Source: a bacterium (GTDB taxonomy: Bacteria > Patescibacteriota > Microgenomatia > UBA1400 > UBA12108). Taken from it: a stretch of DNA of 64,000 bases. The notes under the pieces were generated by a model. That model saw only the letters and a program-made list of their open reading frames with translations, was not told the DNA's origin and did not search any database. The DNA lies in assembly GCA_043827085.1 (NCBI GenBank), contig JBDRPO010000016.1, positions 42,752-106,751 of the forward strand, written 5' to 3'. The translations under genes and the position numbers were made by a program. Positions within the stretch are counted from its first letter, which is position 1, and every line of letters starts with the position of its first letter. Of the stretch, positions 28,585 to 37,096 are shown in pieces.

Positions 28585-29163
28585 CTAACTCCTTTTACTG
28601 ATTGTAATGACTCGCTCTTCATGATTAAAGTTAATTGTAAAGTCGTCAAATAATCCCTTCCTCCCAAGAATGTAGGTTGTAGAGTTAGATTCGGTAAATG
28701 TCGCAGGGAATTCAAAATCTGAGCTTCCGATCTTAAGGGTAATTTTGTCCAAATATGCAAAGGCTGGTACTCCCGAGAAACCTTGGAGAGTGATTCGCTT
28801 GGCTCGGGAAAGGTCTACCCCCGTATCTTGAGCAGCCTGCAAAGGGAGGGTAGACACCACTGCCCCAGAGTCAAGAAGAAACGTGGTATCAACGTAACCC
28901 TTTGTCGTCCTGAGGGGTAAAGTAACTTTAGGTTCTTGCACAAACCCAAAACTTTCGTATAGGGTGTTTTTATAGGGGACTTTATACTCCAAGTTCCCGA
29001 ATGAATCTGTAATCGTTACTTTATTAACCCCACCTTTTATAAATACCCCCCGAATCAAGAAAAACCCTCCAATTAGGAGTGCAAAACCAAACAAAGAAAC
29101 CACCTTGATAATAGCCGTTGCTTTTCCTGAAGAACCCACGCTCTCAAATTCCAAATAAGCCAT
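28585..29163 (-). CDS. Membrane-anchored retropepsin-like (clan AA) aspartic protease
   Basis: It has an N-terminal TM helix, the LLDSGAVVS active-site motif and a downstream ILGR flap-like motif. Confidence 0.55.
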   Translation of the reverse strand: MAYLEFESVGSSGKATAIIKVVSLFGFALLIGGFFLIRGVFIKGGVNKVTITDSFGNLEYKVPYKNTLYESFGFVQEPKVTLPLRTTKGYVDTTFLLDSGAVVSTLPLQAAQDTGVDLSRAKRITLQGFSGVPAFAYLDKITLKIGSSDFEFPATFTESNSTTYILGRKGLFDDFTINFNHEERVITISKRS

Positions 29164-29185
29164 ACAACTATGCTATCATAATCTC

Positions 29186-29656
29186 ATGCAATTTTCGTTT
29201 GAGATCATTATTGTTGGAGGAATAGCTCTTGTCGCCATCATTCTCGACTTGATCTTATTGTTTTGGCTACTCCGCGTTGCCCGTCACTATAATTCCCTCA
29301 CCCATGGGATCGAACAAAAAACTCTCATGAACGCTCTCCAAGGAATCCAGTCTACGATTGCTGAACATGAAAGAGTCCAGGGCATAACCAAGAACGAACT
29401 TCAGAAAGTCAAAGAAAGTGCAGAACTGCATGTACAACATGTAACCCTCAAGCGCTTTAACCCCTTTGGGGACACCGGGGGAGATCAGAGCTTTATGCTG
29501 GCCTTACTCGACGGAAATCTTGACGGCGTGGTAATTACTTCGCTCCATAGTAGAGAAAATACGCGTTTCTATGTAAAATCAGTTAAGGGTGGTGTTGGTA
29601 TTGACCATCCCCTCTCTGATGAAGAGCAAAAAATTATTAATCGAAAGGGCAAATAA
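29186..29656 (+). CDS. Hypothetical protein (DUF4446-like) with N-terminal TM helix
   Basis: FNPFGDTGGDQSF...GVVITSLHSRE resembles the DUF4446 family. Confidence 0.4.
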   Translation: MQFSFEIIIVGGIALVAIILDLILLFWLLRVARHYNSLTHGIEQKTLMNALQGIQSTIAEHERVQGITKNELQKVKESAELHVQHVTLKRFNPFGDTGGDQSFMLALLDGNLDGVVITSLHSRENTRFYVKSVKGGVGIDHPLSDEEQKIINRKGK

Positions 29657-29659
29657 AAT

Positions 29660-30859
29660 ATGCAAAAACCATTTATCAAATCTCTTCTAGTTTTCCTTTT
29701 GTCTTTCCTCCTCTCTGGTAGCGCCAGTTACGCCATTACGACTTATCTCTACGCTCCTGAATCAGGTGGTCCCATGACTCCAGTTGCTACCCCTCCAATT
29801 GGCGGAGGATTAAATATCGATCCCTCTGCTCCCCGAACTTCAGAGTGTCCTATTAACGGTCAAATGTATACCTCCGCAGAAGCAAAAGTCTGGGAATCAC
29901 GCCGTCCCCTCTTTGTTATGATTGAAAACATGCCCGAGGCCAGACCTCAGTCAGGTCTTAACTCGGCCGATATTATCTACGAAGCCGTGGCCGAAGGGGG
30001 TGTTTCTCGCTTTGGCACTGTCTTTTATTGTGGTGTTGCTGCCCGCGACACAATCCTAGGCCCGGTCAGGAGTGCTCGTACCCACTTTGTTAATTTAGCT
30101 TCCGAGTATAACTATCCGCTCTACACCCACGTGGGCGGGGCCAACTGTGGCTCGAGCGACCCCAGGATCTGTGTCACCGACAAGCGCGTTCAAGCTCTCG
30201 AACAGATCAACCAATACGGCTGGGGTGGATCCAAGGGAAACGATCTCAACCAATTCTCGATAGGTTTTCCTACTTTTTGGCGTGACTACGAGCGCTTAGG
30301 AAAAACTGTGGCGACCGAGCACACCATGTACAGTAGCACCGAAAAACTCTGGAAATATGCTGCTGGGACTCGTGGCTGGACCAACAAGGCTCCAGACGGT
30401 AAATCAGAATGGAAAGATAAGTATGTTCCCTTCACTTTCAAAGACGATGCCAAAGAAAAGGGTAGTGTTGGAAAGATCTCCTTTGGATTCTGGGAGAGCT
30501 ACCACCAGTTTGACGTCGTCTGGACTTATGATTCTGGAAAGAACCTCTACACCCGCGAAAACGGCGGGGAAGTTCACAAAGACAGAGATGACGACTCGCA
30601 ACTCTCAACTAGAGTAGTAGTCGTGCAGTTTACCAAAGAGCTAGGGCCCCTGGACGAGTCCAAACACATGCTATATGAAGTGATCGGGACCGGCAAGGGC
30701 ATAGTCTTCCAGGATGGGACTGCGACCGAAGCTACCTGGACCAAGAAAGACCGTGAGGCCAAGACTGTCTGGACTGACGCGAAGGGTAAAAAGATCTCCT
30801 TCAACCGCGGCAAGATCATCTTCGAGATCCTTCCTCTCGACAACAAAGTTGAGTACTAA
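29660..30859 (+). CDS. Secreted DUF3048 (YerB-like) protein
   Basis: Signal peptide, then ...MIENMPEARPQSGLNSADIIYEAVAEGGVSRF, which matches the DUF3048 core. Confidence 0.6.
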   Translation: MQKPFIKSLLVFLLSFLLSGSASYAITTYLYAPESGGPMTPVATPPIGGGLNIDPSAPRTSECPINGQMYTSAEAKVWESRRPLFVMIENMPEARPQSGLNSADIIYEAVAEGGVSRFGTVFYCGVAARDTILGPVRSARTHFVNLASEYNYPLYTHVGGANCGSSDPRICVTDKRVQALEQINQYGWGGSKGNDLNQFSIGFPTFWRDYERLGKTVATEHTMYSSTEKLWKYAAGTRGWTNKAPDGKSEWKDKYVPFTFKDDAKEKGSVGKISFGFWESYHQFDVVWTYDSGKNLYTRENGGEVHKDRDDDSQLSTRVVVVQFTKELGPLDESKHMLYEVIGTGKGIVFQDGTATEATWTKKDREAKTVWTDAKGKKISFNRGKIIFEILPLDNKVEY

Positions 30860-30892
30860 GCAAAGTCGTACACCTATTGTGTTCGAGTAGTT

Positions 30893-31492
30893 TTGTTGTA
30901 CACTATAGCTATGGCTGGTCTGCAGGACTTCATTATTAGCAAAGTTCGCGTCAAACTCCTCGAAGTATTTTTAATTGATCCCGAGAGCATGTTTTACATC
31001 CGCGAGCTCACCCGGAAAATCGGGGAGGAAATCAACGCCGTCCGGCGCGAACTCATCCACATGCAAAGTGTCGGTATGGTGAAAGAAGAGAAGCGTGGTA
31101 ACCGCATCTACTATACCTTCAACAAAAACTACCTTTTTCACAAAGAACTCATGAGCATGATCGGTAAAACCACGGGGCTAGGACTTGCTCTTACCAAAGC
31201 TTCTCCCAAATTGGGGCGCCTCAAGTTTGCCATGGTCTCCGGCCGCTTTGTCCGCCACATGCCGCGGGCCAAAGACACCGTCGATCTCCTACTGGTTGGC
31301 GACCTCATCATGCCCCAGCTGACTGAGGTGGTGAAAGAACAAGAGGCCAAGTTAAGTCGTGAAATCAACTATACCGTCATGACCGAAGCAGAGCTCTTAT
31401 ACCGCAAAACCCACAACGATCCCTTTATCGGTCGCATCCTTGAAGCCTCACGCGTCATGATAGTGGGTGACGAAGAGGAACTCGTAGCATGA
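30893..31492 (+). CDS. Winged-HTH + minimal nucleotidyltransferase-like fusion protein
   Basis: The N-terminus is ArsR/MarR-like wHTH (IRELTRKIGEEINAVRRELIHMQSVGMV). The C-terminus has an NTase-like GS...DxD pattern (VSGRF...DTVDLLLVGD). Confidence 0.45.
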   Translation: MLYTIAMAGLQDFIISKVRVKLLEVFLIDPESMFYIRELTRKIGEEINAVRRELIHMQSVGMVKEEKRGNRIYYTFNKNYLFHKELMSMIGKTTGLGLALTKASPKLGRLKFAMVSGRFVRHMPRAKDTVDLLLVGDLIMPQLTEVVKEQEAKLSREINYTVMTEAELLYRKTHNDPFIGRILEASRVMIVGDEEELVA

Positions 31493-31668
31493 TCGGGACC
31501 AAAATTATTAAAATAGGCAACTCCAAAGGCATCATTATCCCGAGTGAAATCATCAAAGCTCTGTCGCTTGTTGAGGGAGACGAGGCCAAGCTCCACTACG
31601 ATCCAGTGTCTCAAGTCTTATCAGTTCAATTCCCCCACACTAAACAACTGAAATTAACCGATCGGTAA
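31489..31668 (+). CDS. AbrB/MazE/SpoVT-family small DNA-binding protein (59 aa; not in the ORF track)
   Basis: Hand translation MIGTKIIKIGNSKGIIIPSEIIKALSLVEGDEAKLHYDPVSQVL... is the typical swapped-hairpin antitoxin-like motif. It has an ATGA overlap with the upstream gene. Confidence 0.5.
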   Translation: MIGTKIIKIGNSKGIIIPSEIIKALSLVEGDEAKLHYDPVSQVLSVQFPHTKQLKLTDR

Positions 31669-31699
31669 TTAAGATTATCCTGCTGTATACTATTCAAAT

Positions 31700-33124
31700 A
31701 TGCGTCTCCGACGAAATATCTTTCTTATCATTATCCTTGTAGCAACAGCCCTCGTAATCGACGCTCCCAAAAACTACCCCGTAAACTTCAATCTCTTTGG
31801 TAATAGCATCTCCTTTACGCTCTCGAGCCCCACCATCAACATCCGCAATTTTAAGCGTGATCTCAACATCAAACAGGGACTAGATCTGCAAGGTGGCACT
31901 GAAGTCACCCTCGCGCTCGATATGAAAGATCTGGCAGCTGCGGATCATCTGGACGCGCTCGACTCAGCCAAAGAAATCATTACCCGCCGAGTTGATCTCT
32001 ACGGCGTTGCCGAGCCAACCATTAAAACCGTGGTGAGTGACGACACCTACCGTATCCTCGTCGCTCTCCCCGGTGTCAGTAGTCCCGACGAAGCTTTGAG
32101 TTTGATTGGACAGACCGCCTCCCTCGACTTCCGCGAGCTCCCAGTTGCAACTGACGCGGCAACCTACGCCGACTTTCAGCTTACCGGCTTAACTGGCAAA
32201 GATTTAGAAAAGTCATCGGTTGGCTTTAGCTCCCAAAACGGCAAACCCGAGATCAATCTCCAGTTTACAGAGGAGGGGGGGAAGAAATTCGGCGAAATCA
32301 CAGGGCGTAACGTCGGCAAACCCCTCGCCATCTTTCTCGACGGCATACCCCTGACTACCCCTACCGTCCAACAAGCGATCACCGACGGCCGCGCCGTCAT
32401 TAACGGTATCTATACAGTTGAAGAAGCCAAGAACATGGTAATCACCCTCAATGCCGGTGCTCTGCCTGTCCCGATCGAAATCATCCAGCAACAAAATATT
32501 GCCCCGACCTTAGGGGCATCAAGCGTCCAAAGTAGTCTCAAAGCCGGAGCAGTCGGCTTGGGACTCGTCGCACTCTTTATGATCATGAACTACGGCGCCC
32601 TTGGCGCGATCGCCGACATTGGTCTCGTGATTTACGGTCTCCTGACGCTCGCAGTCTACAAATTTGTCCAGATTACGATCACCCTTCCCGGCCTCGCCGG
32701 CTTTATCCTCTCGATCGGCATGGCTGTCGATAGCAATATCCTCGTTTTTGAACGCATGAAAGAAGAAAGCCGCAAAGGGAATGATTGGCTTGGGAGCATG
32801 GAGCTCGGATTTGGCAAAGCTTGGGACTCCATCAAAGATGCCAACGTCGCGACCTTGATCACAACCTTCGTCCTTTTCAATCCTTTTGACTGGACTTTCC
32901 TCAATAGCTCCGGCATGGTCCGTGGCTTCGCCCTCACTCTTTTTCTTGGCATCGTTATCTCGCTCTTCACCGGAATATTTGTTACTCGCAACCTGCTCCG
33001 AGCTCTGACGGCCTCCAAAGGGTCTGACCCTAAAGGACGATCCCACCCCGCAGACTCAAAGGCGGGAAGGTCAGACCCTAAAGGTATTTTCAACGAAAGG
33101 ACAGACCTCCATGGAATCAAATAA
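31700..33124 (+). CDS. secD: Protein translocase subunit SecD (C-terminal tail encoded by an embedded repeat copy)
   Basis: The P1 periplasmic domain plus 6 TM are present (ILSIGMAVDSNILVFERMKEE). The last ~35 codons run through repeat copy C. Confidence 0.88.
   Translation: MRLRRNIFLIIILVATALVIDAPKNYPVNFNLFGNSISFTLSSPTINIRNFKRDLNIKQGLDLQGGTEVTLALDMKDLAAADHLDALDSAKEIITRRVDLYGVAEPTIKTVVSDDTYRILVALPGVSSPDEALSLIGQTASLDFRELPVATDAATYADFQLTGLTGKDLEKSSVGFSSQNGKPEINLQFTEEGGKKFGEITGRNVGKPLAIFLDGIPLTTPTVQQAITDGRAVINGIYTVEEAKNMVITLNAGALPVPIEIIQQQNIAPTLGASSVQSSLKAGAVGLGLVALFMIMNYGALGAIADIGLVIYGLLTLAVYKFVQITITLPGLAGFILSIGMAVDSNILVFERMKEESRKGNDWLGSMELGFGKAWDSIKDANVATLITTFVLFNPFDWTFLNSSGMVRGFALTLFLGIVISLFTGIFVTRNLLRALTASKGSDPKGRSHPADSKAGRSDPKGIFNERTDLHGIK
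33019..33084. repeat. REP/MITE-like element copy C (short subtype) embedded in the secD 3' coding end
   Basis: GGGTCTGACCCTAAAGGAC...GGAAGGTCAGACCCTAAAGG is near-identical to copy D at 42249. Confidence 0.7.
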
Positions 33125-33995
33125 ACTTCGCATTCTCCAACCCATGAAGTACTGGTGGCTCTACTTTACGATCTCTCTCTCCGTGATTATCCCAGGGACT
33201 TACTCCCTCGTCACTTACGGCCTCAAGCCCTCCATCGATTTCACTGGTGGTTCGACCATCGTCTGGACTACTTCAGTTGAAGAAAGTACACTGCGCGATT
33301 TGGCGAAGACTGAGAGTATCGACATCCGCGAAATGGGGAAAGTTAGTGGTGTCTGGACTATCACAACTTCACCTCTGGGCAAAGATCTTTATCAAACCTA
33401 CAAAACCAAAGTGGCCGATATAGGGAGTGTTGTTGAACAACAGTTCAACACCGTAGGTCCTGCCTTGGGGAGTGAACTCATCAACAAAACTATTTATGCG
33501 GTCGTCCTTGCCGCTTCACTCATTTTGTTCTATGTCGCCTACCGTTTCCAAAACATCAAGTTTGGGGTCTCAGCGATCCTTGCCATGCTTCACGACTCAC
33601 TGGTTCTCTTAGGGGTCTTCTCTCTTCTCGGGCATTTTATGGGGATCGAGGTAGACACGCTCTACGTCACAGCTCTCTTGACCATCCTCAGTTTCTCCGT
33701 CCACGATACAATTGTTGTCTACGACCGTATCCGCGAACTCAAGAAAAAATATGGCTATCTTGATTTCAAAGAAATCGTCAACCGCGCCGTTGTGGAAACC
33801 ATGGGCAGGAGTATCAACAATAGTCTCACAATTATCTTCATGCTTCTAGCTATGTATATGCTAGGCGGTGAAACCACACGCTGGTTTATCTTTGCGCTCC
33901 TTGTGGGCACCGTCTCCGGCACCTACAGCTCCACCTTTACCGCTGCCCCGATCCTTATCGTCTGGGAAAAACTAGCTAAAAAACGCCTTGGGTAG
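33111..33995 (+). CDS. secF: Protein translocase subunit SecF
   Basis: SecF sequence with 6 TM (TLYVTALLTILSFSVHDTIVVYDRIRE). Confidence 0.9.
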   Translation: MESNKLRILQPMKYWWLYFTISLSVIIPGTYSLVTYGLKPSIDFTGGSTIVWTTSVEESTLRDLAKTESIDIREMGKVSGVWTITTSPLGKDLYQTYKTKVADIGSVVEQQFNTVGPALGSELINKTIYAVVLAASLILFYVAYRFQNIKFGVSAILAMLHDSLVLLGVFSLLGHFMGIEVDTLYVTALLTILSFSVHDTIVVYDRIRELKKKYGYLDFKEIVNRAVVETMGRSINNSLTIIFMLLAMYMLGGETTRWFIFALLVGTVSGTYSSTFTAAPILIVWEKLAKKRLG

Positions 33996-34290
33996 GCATA
34001 AGCCAGATTCTGTTTTTAAGACGATCATTTCTCTAATGCCCGCAAACTTTAGGACTCGCCCGCCTGCAACGCTTGCGCGTAGCAATGCGGGCAGGGGAGT
34101 GCACCCATCATCCAATTCGTCGGTTGCAGCAGGGAGGATTGCCCGTTTCACCCGAACTAAATCGGTTCGTCACTGTTGCTCTAAACTAGCGGTTACCCGT
34201 CATAGCTTACGCTACGCACCTCGCACTCTGCTGTCTGGACTTTCCTGACTCGGCTTTCACCTCGCCCGATCATCCACCTACCCAAGGCAA
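33984..34290 (-). ncRNA. rnpB: RNase P RNA (bacterial type A-like, compact ~305 nt)
   Basis: On the minus strand: a P1 stem GCCUUGGGUAGG / CCUACCCAAGGC, the P4 5' strand AGGAAAGUCCAGA with 3' ACAGAAUCUGGCUUAU, GGGUAACCGC, GCAACAGUGACGAACCG and GGGUGAAACGGG. These match the conserved RNase P motifs. Confidence 0.7.
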
Positions 34291-34323
34291 GAAGATTATA
34301 ACATTTAAGGGTATAATTTCCCT

Positions 34324-35175
34324 ATGTCATGGTTTTTTCTCGTTACCATCTCGGTGATTTTCTACTCTCTATCAACAATTGTTCAACGCAAAATGATGGC
34401 GCAGGACAAAAGTGATCCGGTGGCCTCAATGATAATTTTCCAGTTTGTCGTAACCATTATTCTGTTTTTCTATACGTTGCTATTTGGTACAGGTTGGCCT
34501 GAAATCATGAAAGTTTGGCCATTTTTATTACTCAATGGTGCATTAGTTGCAATAGCTAGTTTATCCATGTTTCAAGCTACAAAATACACTCAAGCAGGGG
34601 AATACACAATTATTTCTACATTCTCCGCCTTCATTAACCTTTTTGTTGTCACACTATTTCTCCACGAAACACTAACTATTTCAAAAATATTTGGCACCAT
34701 TCTGATAGTTCTCAGTATATTTATCATCACTGGTTTTGCAAAAAATAAAATCACCTGGCACAAAGGCCATCTCTACACCCTCCTTTCTGCAACGGCTTTC
34801 GGCGCAGTTTTTGCCAGCGAGTCATACGTCGCCAGCCAAATAGGTGTAACTCAAGACCTATTAATTGCTTTCTTCTTGCCAGGACTATTTGTCCTAATGT
34901 TCAAACCAAAAGCTCTTAGTCAAATTAAAAGTCTACTTAATAGAGACTATTTATCTAAGATAATGTCATATTCACTACTATACTTATTAGGCGCGGTTAC
35001 CATCTTTGCTGCATATACCCACGGAGGAGATGCTGGGAAAATTTACGGTATCAGCAACTCTTCGGTCATTGTCACAGTAATTTTAGCAGCAATCTTCCTA
35101 GGCGAAAAAGACAGGCCAATCAGAAAATTTCTCGCCACAATAGCAGCCTTTGGTGGTATCTTGCTACTACGCTAG
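34324..35175 (+). CDS. EamA/DMT-family transporter
   Basis: A ten-TM protein with two EamA-like halves. Confidence 0.7.
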   Translation: MSWFFLVTISVIFYSLSTIVQRKMMAQDKSDPVASMIIFQFVVTIILFFYTLLFGTGWPEIMKVWPFLLLNGALVAIASLSMFQATKYTQAGEYTIISTFSAFINLFVVTLFLHETLTISKIFGTILIVLSIFIITGFAKNKITWHKGHLYTLLSATAFGAVFASESYVASQIGVTQDLLIAFFLPGLFVLMFKPKALSQIKSLLNRDYLSKIMSYSLLYLLGAVTIFAAYTHGGDAGKIYGISNSSVIVTVILAAIFLGEKDRPIRKFLATIAAFGGILLLR

Positions 35176-36534
35176 CTCTTTTACTCTTTTCTCCAGATAT
35201 TCTTTCGTATTTTTCGCGCTGTCGTCCAGGATTTCTTCAAACAAAGTATTAAGGATTTCTCCCACGCGGCGGGAAGGGGGGATGCCCAAGATTTTCATGA
35301 CCTCCGCACCATTTATGTTTAGATCTTTGAGTGATAACGGCTCGTAGAACTGCTCGCCGATCCTCTTCTGTAGCTCCGTCAGTCGCCAGCTGGTAGCTTT
35401 GCTTCCTCCTCCAATCCGGTCGCCGACTCTGAGGGCCATCATATCGTGGATATTCTCTTTTCCCACCCGGCGGATAAACCGACGGATCGAGGCATCCGTC
35501 ATCTTGGACTCATACACAAACATATGCCAGCGCACGAGTGTAAACACTCGGTCCTGATCTTTCTTCGAAAGCTTGAGTCGCTCCGCAATCCGCTTGGCAG
35601 TGCGTGCTCCCGATACCTCGTGATTGTAGAAAGTTACCCCTCGCTCACCCCCAGATTTCGACACTACTGGCTTGTCCACGTCGTGGAGCAAGGTAGCGAG
35701 TCTCACCACCGGATCAGGCGATGGGCAAGCCCGCAAAGCCTCGATCGAGTGGGTAAAAACGTCATAGATATGGTGACCACCTTGCTTGACCGCTTTAGTC
35801 ATCAAAAGTTCTGGGATGAGTATCTCCATAATCCCGGTATTGACCATGAGTTGCACCCCGTCAGCCGCGTGCTCGGTCGCCAGGAGCTTCATCACCTCCG
35901 CCCCCGTCCTCTCAGAAGATATTTCTTTGAGATTAGGTACTTTTTCTTTTAATGCGGTAAGCGTCTTCTCCTCGATAGTAAATCCGAGTTGGGCCGCAAT
36001 CCGGATCGCTCGCATGATGCGCAGAGCATCTTCCTCAAATCGCTCACTTGGAGTTCCAACCGCTTTAATTACCTTATTCTTGATATCTTTTTGTCCCCCG
36101 TACGGATCCACTAGTTTACCCTTAGCATTCATCGCGATGGCGTTAATAGTAAAGTCACGACGCTTCAAATCCTCTTTTACCGTTTTCCCCCACACCACAA
36201 TATCTGGTCTCCGTTTGTCCGAGTATCCCGACTCCGATCGGTAGGTTGTAATGTCGTATAACTCCTCGCATTTGATCTCGCCTTCTTTTAGGTTAAACTG
36301 TTCGCGGATATGTTTCCCCGCTACCTTCACCGTCCCAAACTCATTGTCGTAAAAGCACTCATCAAACAAGGGTTGGATTTGCTCGGGCGTTGCCGAAGTC
36401 GTCACATCCCAGTCGTAGGCAGGGATCCCGAGTAAGAGGTCTCGTACCGCTCCTCCGACCATCCACGCCTCGTATCCTTTCGCTTCCAATGCCTCAATAA
36501 TTTTGACTACCCCAGGATCAAACTTGAACTTCAT
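35167..36534 (-). CDS. cca: CCA-adding tRNA nucleotidyltransferase with HD domain
   Basis: PolA-head motif GGAVRDLLLG...DWDV, and a C-terminal HD motif (LLHDVDKP). Confidence 0.85.
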   Translation of the reverse strand: MKFKFDPGVVKIIEALEAKGYEAWMVGGAVRDLLLGIPAYDWDVTTSATPEQIQPLFDECFYDNEFGTVKVAGKHIREQFNLKEGEIKCEELYDITTYRSESGYSDKRRPDIVVWGKTVKEDLKRRDFTINAIAMNAKGKLVDPYGGQKDIKNKVIKAVGTPSERFEEDALRIMRAIRIAAQLGFTIEEKTLTALKEKVPNLKEISSERTGAEVMKLLATEHAADGVQLMVNTGIMEILIPELLMTKAVKQGGHHIYDVFTHSIEALRACPSPDPVVRLATLLHDVDKPVVSKSGGERGVTFYNHEVSGARTAKRIAERLKLSKKDQDRVFTLVRWHMFVYESKMTDASIRRFIRRVGKENIHDMMALRVGDRIGGGSKATSWRLTELQKRIGEQFYEPLSLKDLNINGAEVMKILGIPPSRRVGEILNTLFEEILDDSAKNTKEYLEKRVKELA

Positions 36535-36589
36535 AAAGCTAGTCTACCACAGGGGAAGTGATGTATCATGTAGTTATATTTAGGATATA

Positions 36590-36613
36590 TTCCGTTGAAT
36601 CGATAGATCGGAA
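36590..36613 (+). repeat. 24-bp leader repeat TTCCGTTGAATCGATAGATCGGAA (copy 1, immediately upstream of the TrpR-like gene)
   Basis: Identical to 37073-37096, seen directly. Confidence 0.9.
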
Positions 36614-36619
36614 CAAATT

Positions 36620-37072
36620 ATGACACAAGTATCTAAACATAAACTCCAGCCAGAAATGACGACATTAATTTATGGTGAATTTTGTGGCTTTCTTTCCAAA
36701 ATCGATTCAAATAGTGGTGTAAGTCAATTTCTCGACGATTTTCTCACTTCCACGGAGAAAATAATGCTAAGTAAAAGATTTATGATCATGGTTTTCCTCA
36801 TGCGAGGCCATTCTGTCGAACATATTAAAAACACCCTACATGTTAGCAATTCAGCAGTCATGAGTGTGAATAGTTGGTTTAAAAACGCCAGCTCCACGAC
36901 TAAACAATCTCTAATTCGACTTAATCAAGAGAAAAATTTGGAAAAGCTTTTTGATCAAGTAGAGTCAATACTCGATAAGCTACCACCTGGAAAATATCGC
37001 GACTGGCACAAAGTGGGCAAAGAAAAATTTGCTCGTCTGAAAACTCGTCAATTAATAGATCGATTACGTTAA
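36620..37072 (+). CDS. TrpR/YerC-YecD-family HTH DNA-binding protein
   Basis: LTSTEKIMLSKRF...GHSVEHIKNTLHVSNSAV is a Trp-repressor-like HTH. Confidence 0.5.
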   Translation: MTQVSKHKLQPEMTTLIYGEFCGFLSKIDSNSGVSQFLDDFLTSTEKIMLSKRFMIMVFLMRGHSVEHIKNTLHVSNSAVMSVNSWFKNASSTTKQSLIRLNQEKNLEKLFDQVESILDKLPPGKYRDWHKVGKEKFARLKTRQLIDRLR

Positions 37073-37096
37073 TTCCGTTGAATCGATAGATCGGAA
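37073..37096 (+). repeat. 24-bp leader repeat TTCCGTTGAATCGATAGATCGGAA (copy 2, overlapping the recJ start codon)
   Basis: Identical to 36590-36613. Confidence 0.9.

Noticed and set aside
35446-36244. Two plus-strand ORFs (168 and 152 aa) inside the cca gene.
   Set aside because: They are antisense to a clear CCA-adding enzyme gene with an intact PolA-head and HD domain. There is no independent support for them.
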